A stretch of 64,000 nucleotides of DNA, from contig CAVSOU010000007.1 of the NCBI GenBank assembly GCA_963729625.1, positions 544,001-608,000 of the forward strand, written 5' to 3'. The stretch comes from an uncultured bacterium. GTDB lineage: Bacteria; Chloroflexota; UBA5177; JANWHV01. The translations under genes were made by a program, and so were the position numbers. Shown in pieces: positions 28,896 to 37,885 of this stretch. The notes under the pieces are model-generated. The model saw only the letters and a program-made list of their open reading frames with translations, was not told where the DNA came from and made no database searches. Each line of letters begins with the position of its first letter. Positions within the stretch are counted from its first letter, which is position 1.

Positions 28896-30161
28896 ATGAA
28901 ACGAACCCTGTTAGCAGTAGCCGCGGCGGCCCTCATGACGTTGCCGTCCATCGGCCTCGGCAATGTTCAGGCCGCTCACCCAAAGGCGGGCGGCATAACC
29001 CTCACGGTGTGGGAGGACTTCTCTAAAGACCAAGAAGCGCAATTCATCACGCTCGCCAACAAGTGGGCCGCGACAAACGGCGACAAAGTGAACTGGGTGA
29101 ATACATCCCAGCCCGGCATGGGCGGCGGCTCGACGGACGTCGCCGGTTTGCTGCGCCTCAAAGCCAAGAGCAAGGATGCGGCCGACCTGGCCTATTCGAC
29201 CGAGGATCAGTCCGGCAACCTGGCGGCCTCGGGCATCCTGGCCCAGCGGCCCGCGGGTCTCCTCAGTGCCGCCGACCTGGCGAAGTACCAGCCGGCTGCC
29301 CTTGGCGCAAGCTCGGTGAACGGCGTTGCCTACTCTATTCCGCAGGCAGTCGACGGGACTTTCCTCTACTTCAACAAGAAGTTCGTGCCCACGGCGCCGG
29401 CGAACTGGACCGACCTGATCGCCACGGCCAAGAAGCTGAACCTCGGTAACCGCCGGTACGGCCTGCTCTACAACATTACAGGCGGCCTGTACTACAACTA
29501 TTGGGCCTTCAGCGGCTATGGCGCCTACGTGTTCGGAACCAAGAACGGCAAATTCGATACGACCGATATCGGCATGGATAGCGCGGGCGCCGTGCAGGCG
29601 CTGACCTTCCTCAAGTCCCTGACCACGGTCATGCCCAAGACCACGGACTACAATGCCTCGGACAGCAACTTCATCGCCGGCAAGGCGGCAATGACGATCA
29701 ACGGCCCGTGGCAGATGGCAGCCTACCAGAAGGCACTGGGCAATAACCTGGGCGCGGCGCCGATACCCAATCTGCCGAACGGAAAGACGGCACACACGTT
29801 CATCGGCGTACGGGTCTGGGAGGTCAACAACTTCAGCAAGAATCAGGCCGCGGCCTGGGATCTCGGCAAGTACCTGAGCATGAACGGGCAGGGGATCAGC
29901 GGGACCTATGAAGGCCGCCTCCCCGCGTTCAAGTCCGTCCCAGACTGGACACCCAACGCGATTCAGGCTGCCGCCTCCCAGGCGTTCAGCGTCGGCGTCC
30001 CGATGCCGAATATCCCGGAGTTCAACAACAACACGGCGTGGGCCCCCCTGCAAAGCGCGATCACCCTGGCGATTCAAGGTCGCGCCAGCCCGGCAGTCGC
30101 CCTGAGCACCGCCGTGCAGCAGATGAAGGCTGCCCTGGCGAAGGAGGCCGCGGGCAGCTAG
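28896..30161 (+). CDS. Maltose/galacto-oligosaccharide-type SBP (GanS/MalE-like)
   Basis: Signal peptide, MTINGPW, PMPNIPE; clustered with GH42. Confidence 0.9.
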   Translation: MKRTLLAVAAAALMTLPSIGLGNVQAAHPKAGGITLTVWEDFSKDQEAQFITLANKWAATNGDKVNWVNTSQPGMGGGSTDVAGLLRLKAKSKDAADLAYSTEDQSGNLAASGILAQRPAGLLSAADLAKYQPAALGASSVNGVAYSIPQAVDGTFLYFNKKFVPTAPANWTDLIATAKKLNLGNRRYGLLYNITGGLYYNYWAFSGYGAYVFGTKNGKFDTTDIGMDSAGAVQALTFLKSLTTVMPKTTDYNASDSNFIAGKAAMTINGPWQMAAYQKALGNNLGAAPIPNLPNGKTAHTFIGVRVWEVNNFSKNQAAAWDLGKYLSMNGQGISGTYEGRLPAFKSVPDWTPNAIQAAASQAFSVGVPMPNIPEFNNNTAWAPLQSAITLAIQGRASPAVALSTAVQQMKAALAKEAAGS

Positions 30162-30181
30162 ACTCGTCCATATGAACCCGA

Positions 30182-30217
30182 GCGCGGGTGAGCAAGGCAA
30201 CTCTTGCTCACCCGCGC
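30182..30217 (+). terminator. 15-bp perfect stem-loop after the SBP gene
   Basis: GCGCGGGTGAGCAAG-6nt-CTTGCTCACCCGCGC, no U tract. Confidence 0.6.
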
Positions 30218-30242
30218 CAATATCGCCAACGAAAGGGGGGAC

Positions 30243-31202
30243 ATGGCCTTGAGTACGGTGCCGACCGCGCGAATCCCACAAGCCAAACCCAGACGCAAGT
30301 TGTTTCCCTTCATATGGATGGCACCGGCCCTGCTGTTCCTGACCGTTGGCATCATCATCCCGCTGATATTCACCGTCTATATCTCCGGCACCAATTACAA
30401 TCAGCAGCACCTCTACAACTACCACTGGGTCGGCCTGCGCAACTACAGCTACGCCTTCAGCACGGATCCGTACACCGGTTACGCACACGGCTACCTGTGG
30501 CTGTTCGCCTGGACCTTTGCCTTTGCGGCCGGGTGCACGGTCGTCAATATCTGCCTGGGCGGCGCCATAGCCCTGCTGGTGAACAATCCGCGGCTGCCGG
30601 GCCGGATCATCTTTCGCGCGCTGCTGATCCTGCCCTGGGCACTGCCGTTCACCATCTCCGTGGTGACCTGGCGCGGCGTGCTGAATACCGACTTCGGCGC
30701 CGTGAACAGCATCCTGTCGTCGATAGGCCTGGGGCGACCGGACTGGCTCAACGATCCGAACCTGGCCAAGCTCTGCTTGATTGGGGTCAACGGCTGGTTT
30801 TCCTTCCCGTATTTCATGGTGCTGATTCTCAGCATCCTGCAGGCTATCCCCGGGGATCTGTACGAGGTGGCCGAGATCGACGGCGCCGGTGTTTGGTCGC
30901 GTTTCAGGCACATCACGATCCCCTCGATCCGGCCGGCCCTGGCGCCGTTGATCGTCGTGCAATTCGCGTTCCAGTTCAACAATGCGACGTTTGTCTTCGC
31001 GCTCACCGGCGGCGCGCCGCCCTCACTGGATATCACCCAGCGAGGCGAGACGGATATCCTGGGCAGCTACCTGTATAACCAGGTCATTGGATTCCAGGCC
31101 TATGGCCAGATGGCGGCGCTCGGTATCCTGGTCTTCCTGGTGATCATCATCCTGAGTTTGATCAACGTACGGCTCACCGGCGCGTTCAAGGAGGCACGGT
31201 AA
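30243..31202 (+). CDS. Sugar ABC permease (MalF/GanP-like)
   Basis: DLYEVAEIDGA, QFAFQFNN, GETDIL. Confidence 0.92.
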   Translation: MALSTVPTARIPQAKPRRKLFPFIWMAPALLFLTVGIIIPLIFTVYISGTNYNQQHLYNYHWVGLRNYSYAFSTDPYTGYAHGYLWLFAWTFAFAAGCTVVNICLGGAIALLVNNPRLPGRIIFRALLILPWALPFTISVVTWRGVLNTDFGAVNSILSSIGLGRPDWLNDPNLAKLCLIGVNGWFSFPYFMVLILSILQAIPGDLYEVAEIDGAGVWSRFRHITIPSIRPALAPLIVVQFAFQFNNATFVFALTGGAPPSLDITQRGETDILGSYLYNQVIGFQAYGQMAALGILVFLVIIILSLINVRLTGAFKEAR

Positions 31203-32120
31203 ATGGCACTGCAAGGCCCCACCGCGCGCGCTGGCCGTGAGCAGCGCACCAGGACAATCTTTCACAAGGGTCGCCGCTTGCGGCCCGATCAGAAGCGCAA
31301 CATCGCCATCTCCTGGGTCACGATGCTGCTCGTGACGGTGTTGACACTCTTTCCCATTGCCTGGATCGTGCTGACCTCCCTGAACGTGGGCGATAGCTTC
31401 GCCAGCGGCTTACTGCCCGATAAGTACACCTTCAGCCACTATGCCGACGTCTGGCAGCATACCGACTTCTTGATCTGGATTCGGAATACGCTCATCGTCG
31501 GCATTATCGCGGCGGCACTCCAGGTACTGGTGATCATTCTGATCGCCTACTCGCTCAGTCGCTTCCGCTTCGCGGGCAGGCGAACCGCGATCATGGTGCT
31601 GATGGCGTTCCAGCTGTTTCCCACGATCATGGCGCTCACGGCCTATTACTACCTGGTGAACTGGGTGACGGAGAACTGGGTACCGATCAGCGACAACTGG
31701 ATCGGGTTGATTGCTATCTACGTGGGTACGAGCATCCCGTTCAATGCCTGGCTGTTCAAGGGCTACATCGATACGCTGCCCTATGACCTCGAGGAGTCAG
31801 CCTATATCGATGGTGCCAGCCGGTTCGTAGCCTTCTGGAGGGTGATCATGCCGCTCTGCCGGCCGATGATGGCCTTCATCTTCATCTCGGGCTTCCTTGG
31901 TGTGGCAAATGAGTTCCTGATCGTCAGCATCCTGGTCACCGATCCGAGCCGCAAGACGTTCAGCATGGGCCTGCTGACCTTCGCGCTTGGCCAATTCACG
32001 ACGAACTGGACGGACTTCGCCGCAGCAGCCGTGATGGGATCGGTTCCCTGGGTGATAATCTTCCTGATCGCGCAGCGGTGGTTCGTCAGCGGTCTGGCCG
32101 GAGGGGCTGTCAAGGGTTAG
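31203..32120 (+). CDS. Sugar ABC permease (MalG/GanQ-like)
   Basis: KGYIDTLPYDLEESAYIDGA, C-terminal GAVKG. Confidence 0.92.
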   Translation: MALQGPTARAGREQRTRTIFHKGRRLRPDQKRNIAISWVTMLLVTVLTLFPIAWIVLTSLNVGDSFASGLLPDKYTFSHYADVWQHTDFLIWIRNTLIVGIIAAALQVLVIILIAYSLSRFRFAGRRTAIMVLMAFQLFPTIMALTAYYYLVNWVTENWVPISDNWIGLIAIYVGTSIPFNAWLFKGYIDTLPYDLEESAYIDGASRFVAFWRVIMPLCRPMMAFIFISGFLGVANEFLIVSILVTDPSRKTFSMGLLTFALGQFTTNWTDFAAAAVMGSVPWVIIFLIAQRWFVSGLAGGAVKG

Positions 32121-32149
32121 CGCGCGCTATCGGATACAGTTGATTCGAT

Positions 32150-32815
32150 ATGCTCTACCTTGTCTCGACCCCGATTGGCAATCTGGCTGACATAACCGTG
32201 CGCGCGCTCGAGACGCTGCGGACCGTCGACCTGGTAGCCAGCGAGGATACGCGCAAGACCGGCCTTCTGCTCAAGCACTTCGAGATCAAGAAGCCGCAGG
32301 TCTCCTTCCACGAGCACAACGAGGATCGCGCCGGCGACCACATCGAGAAGCTTCTCAAGGAGGGGAAGTCGGTCGCCGTGGTGACCAATGCCGGAACGCC
32401 GGGCATCGCAGATCCTGGATTTACTCTGGTACGGCGCGCGATTCAGGCAGGGCTCGGCGTGACCATGATTCCCGGACCCACCGCCCTGATCATGGCCCTC
32501 GTCCTCTCGGGACTGCCCGTGCACAGCTTCACGTTTCGCGGGTTCCCGCCGCGCAAGTCCGGCGCTCGGCGCGCGTTCATGCAGGTCGATGCTACATCGC
32601 CGCACACGCTGGTGTTCTACGAGAGCCCGCACCGGCTGCATGCCTTCCTCGCCGACGCCATCGCCGTCTACGGCGACCGCCTCGCGGCGATTGCAAACGA
32701 TCTGACCAAGATGTTCGAGACCGTCGAGCGGGGCCCCCTCTCGGTGGTAGCAGAGTCGGTTAGCAAGAACCCCCTCCGCGGCGAATACGTCGTGGTGATC
32801 GCGGGCGCGCCGTAG
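32150..32815 (+). CDS. rsmI: 16S rRNA C1402 2'-O-methyltransferase
   Basis: [43 protein letters not shown]. Confidence 0.95.
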   Translation: MLYLVSTPIGNLADITVRALETLRTVDLVASEDTRKTGLLLKHFEIKKPQVSFHEHNEDRAGDHIEKLLKEGKSVAVVTNAGTPGIADPGFTLVRRAIQAGLGVTMIPGPTALIMALVLSGLPVHSFTFRGFPPRKSGARRAFMQVDATSPHTLVFYESPHRLHAFLADAIAVYGDRLAAIANDLTKMFETVERGPLSVVAESVSKNPLRGEYVVVIAGAP

Positions 32816-32906
32816 GCAGGCGGCGGGGCCGTCTGGCCTCAGATCGGTATGCCGCGCGCCGCGTTATGCGGTAGCATTGCACGTACCGGTCGGGGGTCCG
32901 GAGGAC

Positions 32907-33146
32907 ATGGGACGGGACATTGGCCGCTACGTGGAACGGCTGCGCTCGAGTGGGTGGGTCGGCACGGCGATCTTCCTTGCCGTTGCCGTGGTCACGCTCG
33001 CCGTGCTCTCCTATCTCTTCAAGAAAAGCGATCCGACGCACTTGACGAAGGGCGCGGGGTTCGTCATGCTACTCTACCTGACGGTTGGCGGCTTCATGGT
33101 CCTGGCCTCGCGCATTTTCCCCCGCAGGCGCGGCGATTCTCAGTAG
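32907..33146 (+). CDS. Small two-TM membrane protein
   Basis: GGAGG RBS, two hydrophobic helices. Confidence 0.65.
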   Translation: MGRDIGRYVERLRSSGWVGTAIFLAVAVVTLAVLSYLFKKSDPTHLTKGAGFVMLLYLTVGGFMVLASRIFPRRRGDSQ

Positions 33147-33892
33147 CCTGGCAATTGACGCGGGGGTAGAAAGAAGCGATCGTCGGGGATCTCGAGGTCG
33201 AGCGCCAGCCTACGCGCGTAGTCGATGGCGCCTATTGCTTCGGCCCGGTGACTGTCGCTGGCTACTGCAAATCGCGCGCCGGCGGCGAGCGCGGTGCGAA
33301 CCGTCTCTTCGGATGGCACTCGGTAGCGCGTGCTCAGCTCGAGTGCGACACCCGATTCGACCGCTGCCGCGATGAAGCGGTCCCGGAGTTCCGCCGTCCA
33401 CAATTCTTCCTGACCATCTCGCGGAAGGTCAGGGAGGAACATCGGGTGCCCGATCATCGCGTAGATGCCCGCACACATCGCACGCTCGCACTGGACGACG
33501 ACGCACTCCATGTAGTGTCGCAGGGAGCTGGGCGAGTGGCGATCGGGCTGCACACGCTTGCCATCTCCATCGAGCACAAGGTGCAGCGAGCCAATGCAGT
33601 AGTCGAGCTTGGCCAGATTCTCCGGCGTGATCGGATGCTCGGCCCCCAGGTCGAGCTCGATCGCTCGGTAAACAGGGAACTGCTCGATCGCGTCGAGGTA
33701 ACGGGCGAGCGCCCGATCACCCTCCATTCCGAAGAATCTCGAGTAGTGGTCGCTTATTCCGAGGTCGAAGCCGATCTGCCTTGCCGCTGCCAGCGCCGCA
33801 GCCACGTCCACGCGTCCATCCGAGAATGTCGTGTGTGTATGCAGATCGGTCCTGAGATGGCGTGGCGGGGCAGAGCCTGGCGTGTCGGGCAT
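33140..33892 (-). CDS. PHP domain phosphoesterase
   Basis: DLHTHT, SDH, GSLH, GHP, SDSH metal motifs; start uncertain (33892-33997). Confidence 0.88.
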   Translation of the reverse strand: MPDTPGSAPPRHLRTDLHTHTTFSDGRVDVAAALAAARQIGFDLGISDHYSRFFGMEGDRALARYLDAIEQFPVYRAIELDLGAEHPITPENLAKLDYCIGSLHLVLDGDGKRVQPDRHSPSSLRHYMECVVVQCERAMCAGIYAMIGHPMFLPDLPRDGQEELWTAELRDRFIAAAVESGVALELSTRYRVPSEETVRTALAAGARFAVASDSHRAEAIGAIDYARRLALDLEIPDDRFFLPPRQLPGY

Positions 33893-34024
33893 CGATCTCT
33901 CCGGGCTGATTCTGAGCATGGGCCTCGTGAACATCGGCGGCGCGGTGCCGAGCGACGCCGCTCGCGCGGCCAGCCAGAATTGCTGATTTGCGCCCAAACA
34001 GGGTGCGGGCTCATCTGAGATGGA

Positions 34025-34061
34025 GTGTCCCGGAGCAACACGGCCAGTGACAGTATACCAT
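34025..34061. repeat. 37-bp direct repeat, copy 1
   Basis: GTGTCCCGGAGCAACACGGCCAGTGACAGTATACCAT; 36/37 identical to 35140-35176. Confidence 0.9.
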
Positions 34062-34271
34062 CGCCTTCTGTCGCGTTATGGGTGCCGGACGACCATCCGT
34101 CGCGCGCCTCCGACCTTGGCCGTCGAACCTGCGGACGCTTGAGCAAACGGATTCGGTAGTACTTGGCAGTCTGCCGAGCACATGGCTAGAATCGGATAGC
34201 CGCTGAGGAATGGGCCGCGGGTGTAGACCGTATGGAGGCGGGGGTGCATCATTGTCGGGGAGGCTGCGACC

Positions 34272-35072
34272 ATGGCGCCGATCGTCGTCGGCATTGCACT
34301 GATCGCCGCGGCTGCGATCTTCTCCTTCATGTCGCGGGCATATGCTCGCCTGGCGTTGGCCGCGCTGTCGACTGAACTGTCGACTATTGGCGACCTTCGA
34401 GCGCTCTATCAGAAGGTTTCCGGGGAGATCGGGGCGGGCGTATTCAACCAGCAGGTCGGCCTGTGGGGCCGGATTGCGTGCGAACAGCCTTTGAAGTCGG
34501 AGCTGAGCGGCACTGCCTGTGTTGCCTACCGATTTCGGGTCGAGCGCCGATGGGAACAGGACTACAAGGAGCGCGACTCCGACGGCATCATCAGGCGCAA
34601 GACGCGCGACGGTAGAGACACAGTGTCGAGCAACGATCGGCGCGTGCCATTCTTGCTGAACGATGGAAGCGATTGCATTCCAGTCTCACCCGAGGGCGCG
34701 CTGATTGATATGGACAAGATAGTGGACCGCTTTGAGCCGGGAAACCCAGGCGGACTGTTGCGATTTGGCGCCTTTCAGCTTGCCCTGAGCGACGGGGGTC
34801 CTGGGGGGCGGCGCACGCTGGGCTACCACTACAAGGAGGAAGTGCTGCCTGTAGACAGGTCCGTCTACGTGCTGGGAGCCGCGAACGACCACGGCGGCAC
34901 ACTGAGAATCGCCAAGAACCAGGAAGCGAGAGCGCCATTCCTGATCAGCCTCAAGAGCCGCGAGCAGGTGGTCGGCTCGGCGAGGCGGACCGCTGCATAC
35001 GCGTTCCACGCCGCCTACGTATGCGCATTGTTGGGGATTGCGCTGGTAATCTTCGCCCTCCTTCGCCATTGA
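34272..35072 (+). CDS. GIDE-domain (MUL1 E3-ligase-associated) membrane protein
   Basis: N- and C-terminal TM helices flanking PLKSELSGTACVAY...PFLLNDGS...EEVLPVDRSVYVLG. Confidence 0.78.
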   Translation: MAPIVVGIALIAAAAIFSFMSRAYARLALAALSTELSTIGDLRALYQKVSGEIGAGVFNQQVGLWGRIACEQPLKSELSGTACVAYRFRVERRWEQDYKERDSDGIIRRKTRDGRDTVSSNDRRVPFLLNDGSDCIPVSPEGALIDMDKIVDRFEPGNPGGLLRFGAFQLALSDGGPGGRRTLGYHYKEEVLPVDRSVYVLGAANDHGGTLRIAKNQEARAPFLISLKSREQVVGSARRTAAYAFHAAYVCALLGIALVIFALLRH

Positions 35073-35139
35073 TGATCAAGCCGGTTGCCGCGCCATGGCG
35101 ATACCCTCCCGTACCCGGACGCTTTGGTGGTCGATGGAA

Positions 35140-35176
35140 GTGTCCCGGCGCAACACGGCCAGTGACAGTATACCAT
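35140..35176. repeat. 37-bp direct repeat, copy 2
   Basis: GTGTCCCGGCGCAACACGGCCAGTGACAGTATACCAT. Confidence 0.9.
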
Positions 35177-35313
35177 TCGAGCGCCGCGTGCCATACTAAA
35201 GTGAAGCCACGATGAGTCATTGACGCGCACGATCCTGGGGGCGCGGGCGTCTCGCCCGCCCCTGTCTGGTGGCCGGCACACCTGGGATCCCGCTACGGTT
35301 TGAGTGTAGGACC

Positions 35314-35976
35314 ATGAACATACGCGTTCGCTACTTTGCCTACTTCCGCGAGCAATTGGGTCGGTCACACGATCAGCTGGATGTGCCCGACGAATGCACC
35401 GCGCACGAGCTGTGGTTGCGGTGCACCGAGGGACACGAAAGATTGCCTGGCATGTGGGGTTCGGTCCTGGTTGCCGTGAATGGCGAGTTCGCCGGCCGGG
35501 ACACGGTGCTTCGCGCGGGCGACGAGGTCACGTTCTTGCCGCCGGTGAGCGGAGGATCGGCTCGTTGCCGGCTGGTCCGCGAGTGGATCGACACGCGCGC
35601 CCTTGAAGCCGAGGTTACCGCTGCCCGTCACGGTGCGGTCGTTACGTTCGTCGGCGTGGTGCGCGAGTTGTCTGATTCCGGCAAGCTGGTTCGCTGCCTC
35701 GAGTATGAAGCGTACGATGAGATGGCACTGCGCGAGATGGAAGCCATCGCCCGACAGGTCGAGGAGCGATGGCCGGGCAGCGCAATCGCGATCGAGCACC
35801 GTGTGGGACGGCTGGAGATTGGCGACGCCAGCGTCGCTATCGCCGTCGCAACCGCTCACCGCGCTGCCGCGTTCGAGGCCTGCCGTTTCGCCATCGATCG
35901 CCTCAAGGAGACCGTCCCAATCTGGAAGAAGGAGGTCTTCTTGGACGGTGAAGAATGGGTGGGACTGGGAGCCTGA
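35314..35976 (+). CDS. moaE: Fused molybdopterin synthase MoaD-MoaE
   Basis: VRYFAYFRE...AVNGEF...FLPPVSGG (MoaD) followed in frame by GAVVTFVG, LEYEAY, HRVG, KETVPIWKKE (MoaE). Confidence 0.93.
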   Translation: MNIRVRYFAYFREQLGRSHDQLDVPDECTAHELWLRCTEGHERLPGMWGSVLVAVNGEFAGRDTVLRAGDEVTFLPPVSGGSARCRLVREWIDTRALEAEVTAARHGAVVTFVGVVRELSDSGKLVRCLEYEAYDEMALREMEAIARQVEERWPGSAIAIEHRVGRLEIGDASVAIAVATAHRAAAFEACRFAIDRLKETVPIWKKEVFLDGEEWVGLGA

Positions 35977-36061
35977 GCCCGAGGTCTCCGCTACCTAGCG
36001 GGTCGCCTATCACGTTTGTGGCCGTTCAGATGCGGCCTGAAGGCCACAGTTAGGTGACCGG

Positions 36062-36095
36062 GTGAGGCTCTCCGGCCTGAAGGCCGGAGTCTCAC
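36062..36095. repeat. REP-like / IS200-605-end-like hairpin
   Basis: GTGAGGCTCTCCGGCCTGAAGGCCGGAGTCTCAC; related GGCCTGAAGGCC core also at 36034-36045. Confidence 0.5.
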
Positions 36096-36137
36096 ACGAA
36101 GCGGCAATGGCTATGAGCAACGCACTTGACCCACTAG

Positions 36138-37885
36138 CCTGGATTATGCGGGAACGAGCAGCTGAGCCGCAGGGAGGCAGGTTTCAGGCTACGAACCGTT
36201 GAGCGTGGTTGATTGCTAGGGTTCGCTCCCTTATGGTCAAGTTCTTAGACGACGACCAACGAGCGGAGCGAACCCTATGGCTACTCAGTCTGCCACACAG
36301 CGCTATCACTTTGCCACCCAGACCGGGTTGGCGCTCGAGGCCCTCTTTGATGGTGGCCGCCTGACCAGCGATGGCGGCCTGCCCTGGCTCGCCAAGGCCG
36401 ACGCGGTGTTGGGACTGTGTGCCGGGCTGGCAGCGAGCCTGCCGGAGCGCCGCCAGCGGCACATCCGCTACTCCCTGGAGGGTCTGGTCCGCCAGCGCGT
36501 GTTCCAGATTGCCTGCGGGTACGAGGACCAGAACGATGCCAACACCCTGCGCCACGACCCCCTGCTCAAGATGGTCTGCGGGCGTCTGCCGGAGAGTGGT
36601 CCTGCGCTGGCCGGCCAGTCCACCTTCAGCCGCCTGGAGAACAGCGTGGACCGGCAAGCCTGTCGCCACCTGGCCCACGCCCTCCTGGAGGTGTACCTGG
36701 TGGCGAGGGAACAGGACGGCGTGCCTCGGCACATTCTGCTGGACATCGACAGCACGGATGACCCCACGCACGGGCACCAGGAAGGGGCGGCGTACCACGG
36801 GTACTACCGCCAGCACCAGTACTACCCGCTGCTCGTCTTCGATGGCGAGACCGACCAGCTGATCACCGCCATCCTGCGCCCGGGCACGGTGCACGGCAGC
36901 CGCGGGGTGATTACGGTGCTGCGCGTGCTAGTCCGGGCCTTTCGGCAGCGCTGGCCCGGCGTGCAGATCGAGATCCGCGCTGACGCAGCGGGCGCCACGC
37001 CCCGAATCTACCAGTTCTGCGAGCGCCACCATATCACCTACACCCTGGGTCTGGGCACCAATGCCCGCCTGGCAGCCCTGGCCGCGCCCCTGCTGGCGCA
37101 GGCCCAGGCCCAGCGCGAGGCCACCGCCGCGGAGAAGGTCCGCCTGTGCGGCGAGACCACCTACCAGGCCGAGAGTTGGGACCGCGCACGGCGCGTGGTC
37201 TACAAGACCGAAGCCCTGGCCAAGGGGCCCAATGTCCGCTTCGTCGTCACCAGCCGCACCGACGCGCCGACAGACCTCTACGATTGGTATGTCGATCGGG
37301 GCACCCCGGAACTGTGGATCAAGGACATCAAGCTCGCCTGCTTCGCCGACCGCCTGAGCGACCATCGCTTCTGGGCCAACCAGTGCCGCCTCATCCTGCA
37401 CGCCGCCGCCTATTGGCTCCTCGATACCCTCCGACGCTGGCTGACTGCCCGCGGCCTGCCCCGTCTGCAGCTCGATACCCTGCGGCTCCAGCTCATCAAG
37501 ATCGGCGGCCGGGTGCGGGAAGGGCTGCACCGCATCCGCCTGCACCTGGCCAGCAGCCATCCTGGTCAGGCCCTCTGGAGCCTGCTCGGTGCGCAGCCGC
37601 CCGGCCACGCGCCGCCGTTCCTCCGCTAATCCGTCCCGCTGCTGCCGATCGCTGCCGACACCGCGACTGTCCCTGTCGCGGTACGACCCCTCACGCCGTC
37701 CTCCCCGCGCCAACTGCCCCACCAGCGAGCCCAGCCACGCACCGCTGGACGCACGCTGGATCCTGCCGCCGCACCAGGCCCCCTCTGCATGCCGGCGCAC
37801 ATTACCTCGACGCGATGCGGGCCGCGACGAGCCTCCCCTCAACCTTGCTTAGCTCGCTTCCTTCAGGGGTCCCGCATAATCCAGG
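36138..37885 (+). mobile_element. IS1380 family insertion sequence, 1748 bp, apparently intact
   Basis: 16-bp perfect terminal IRs CCTGGATTATGCGGGA (36138-36153) / TCCCGCATAATCCAGG (37870-37885); CTAG target duplication at 36134-36137 and 37886-37889. Confidence 0.95.
36277..37629 (+). CDS. IS1380 family DDE transposase
   Basis: FDGGRLTSDGG, GYEDQND, DIDSTDD, RADA, RGTPELWIKDIK. Confidence 0.95.
   Translation: MATQSATQRYHFATQTGLALEALFDGGRLTSDGGLPWLAKADAVLGLCAGLAASLPERRQRHIRYSLEGLVRQRVFQIACGYEDQNDANTLRHDPLLKMVCGRLPESGPALAGQSTFSRLENSVDRQACRHLAHALLEVYLVAREQDGVPRHILLDIDSTDDPTHGHQEGAAYHGYYRQHQYYPLLVFDGETDQLITAILRPGTVHGSRGVITVLRVLVRAFRQRWPGVQIEIRADAAGATPRIYQFCERHHITYTLGLGTNARLAALAAPLLAQAQAQREATAAEKVRLCGETTYQAESWDRARRVVYKTEALAKGPNVRFVVTSRTDAPTDLYDWYVDRGTPELWIKDIKLACFADRLSDHRFWANQCRLILHAAAYWLLDTLRRWLTARGLPRLQLDTLRLQLIKIGGRVREGLHRIRLHLASSHPGQALWSLLGAQPPGHAPPFLR

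Noticed and set aside
28911-30962. 683-aa minus-strand ORF, and similar long shadow ORFs (50433-52358, 19767-20849, 17164-18147)
   Set aside because: Antisense to well-supported genes; expected from high GC3 codon bias; no motifs
35177-35313. Possible Moco riboswitch before moaD-moaE
   Set aside because: Only a GC-rich REP-like hairpin is present; I could not find the Moco motif features
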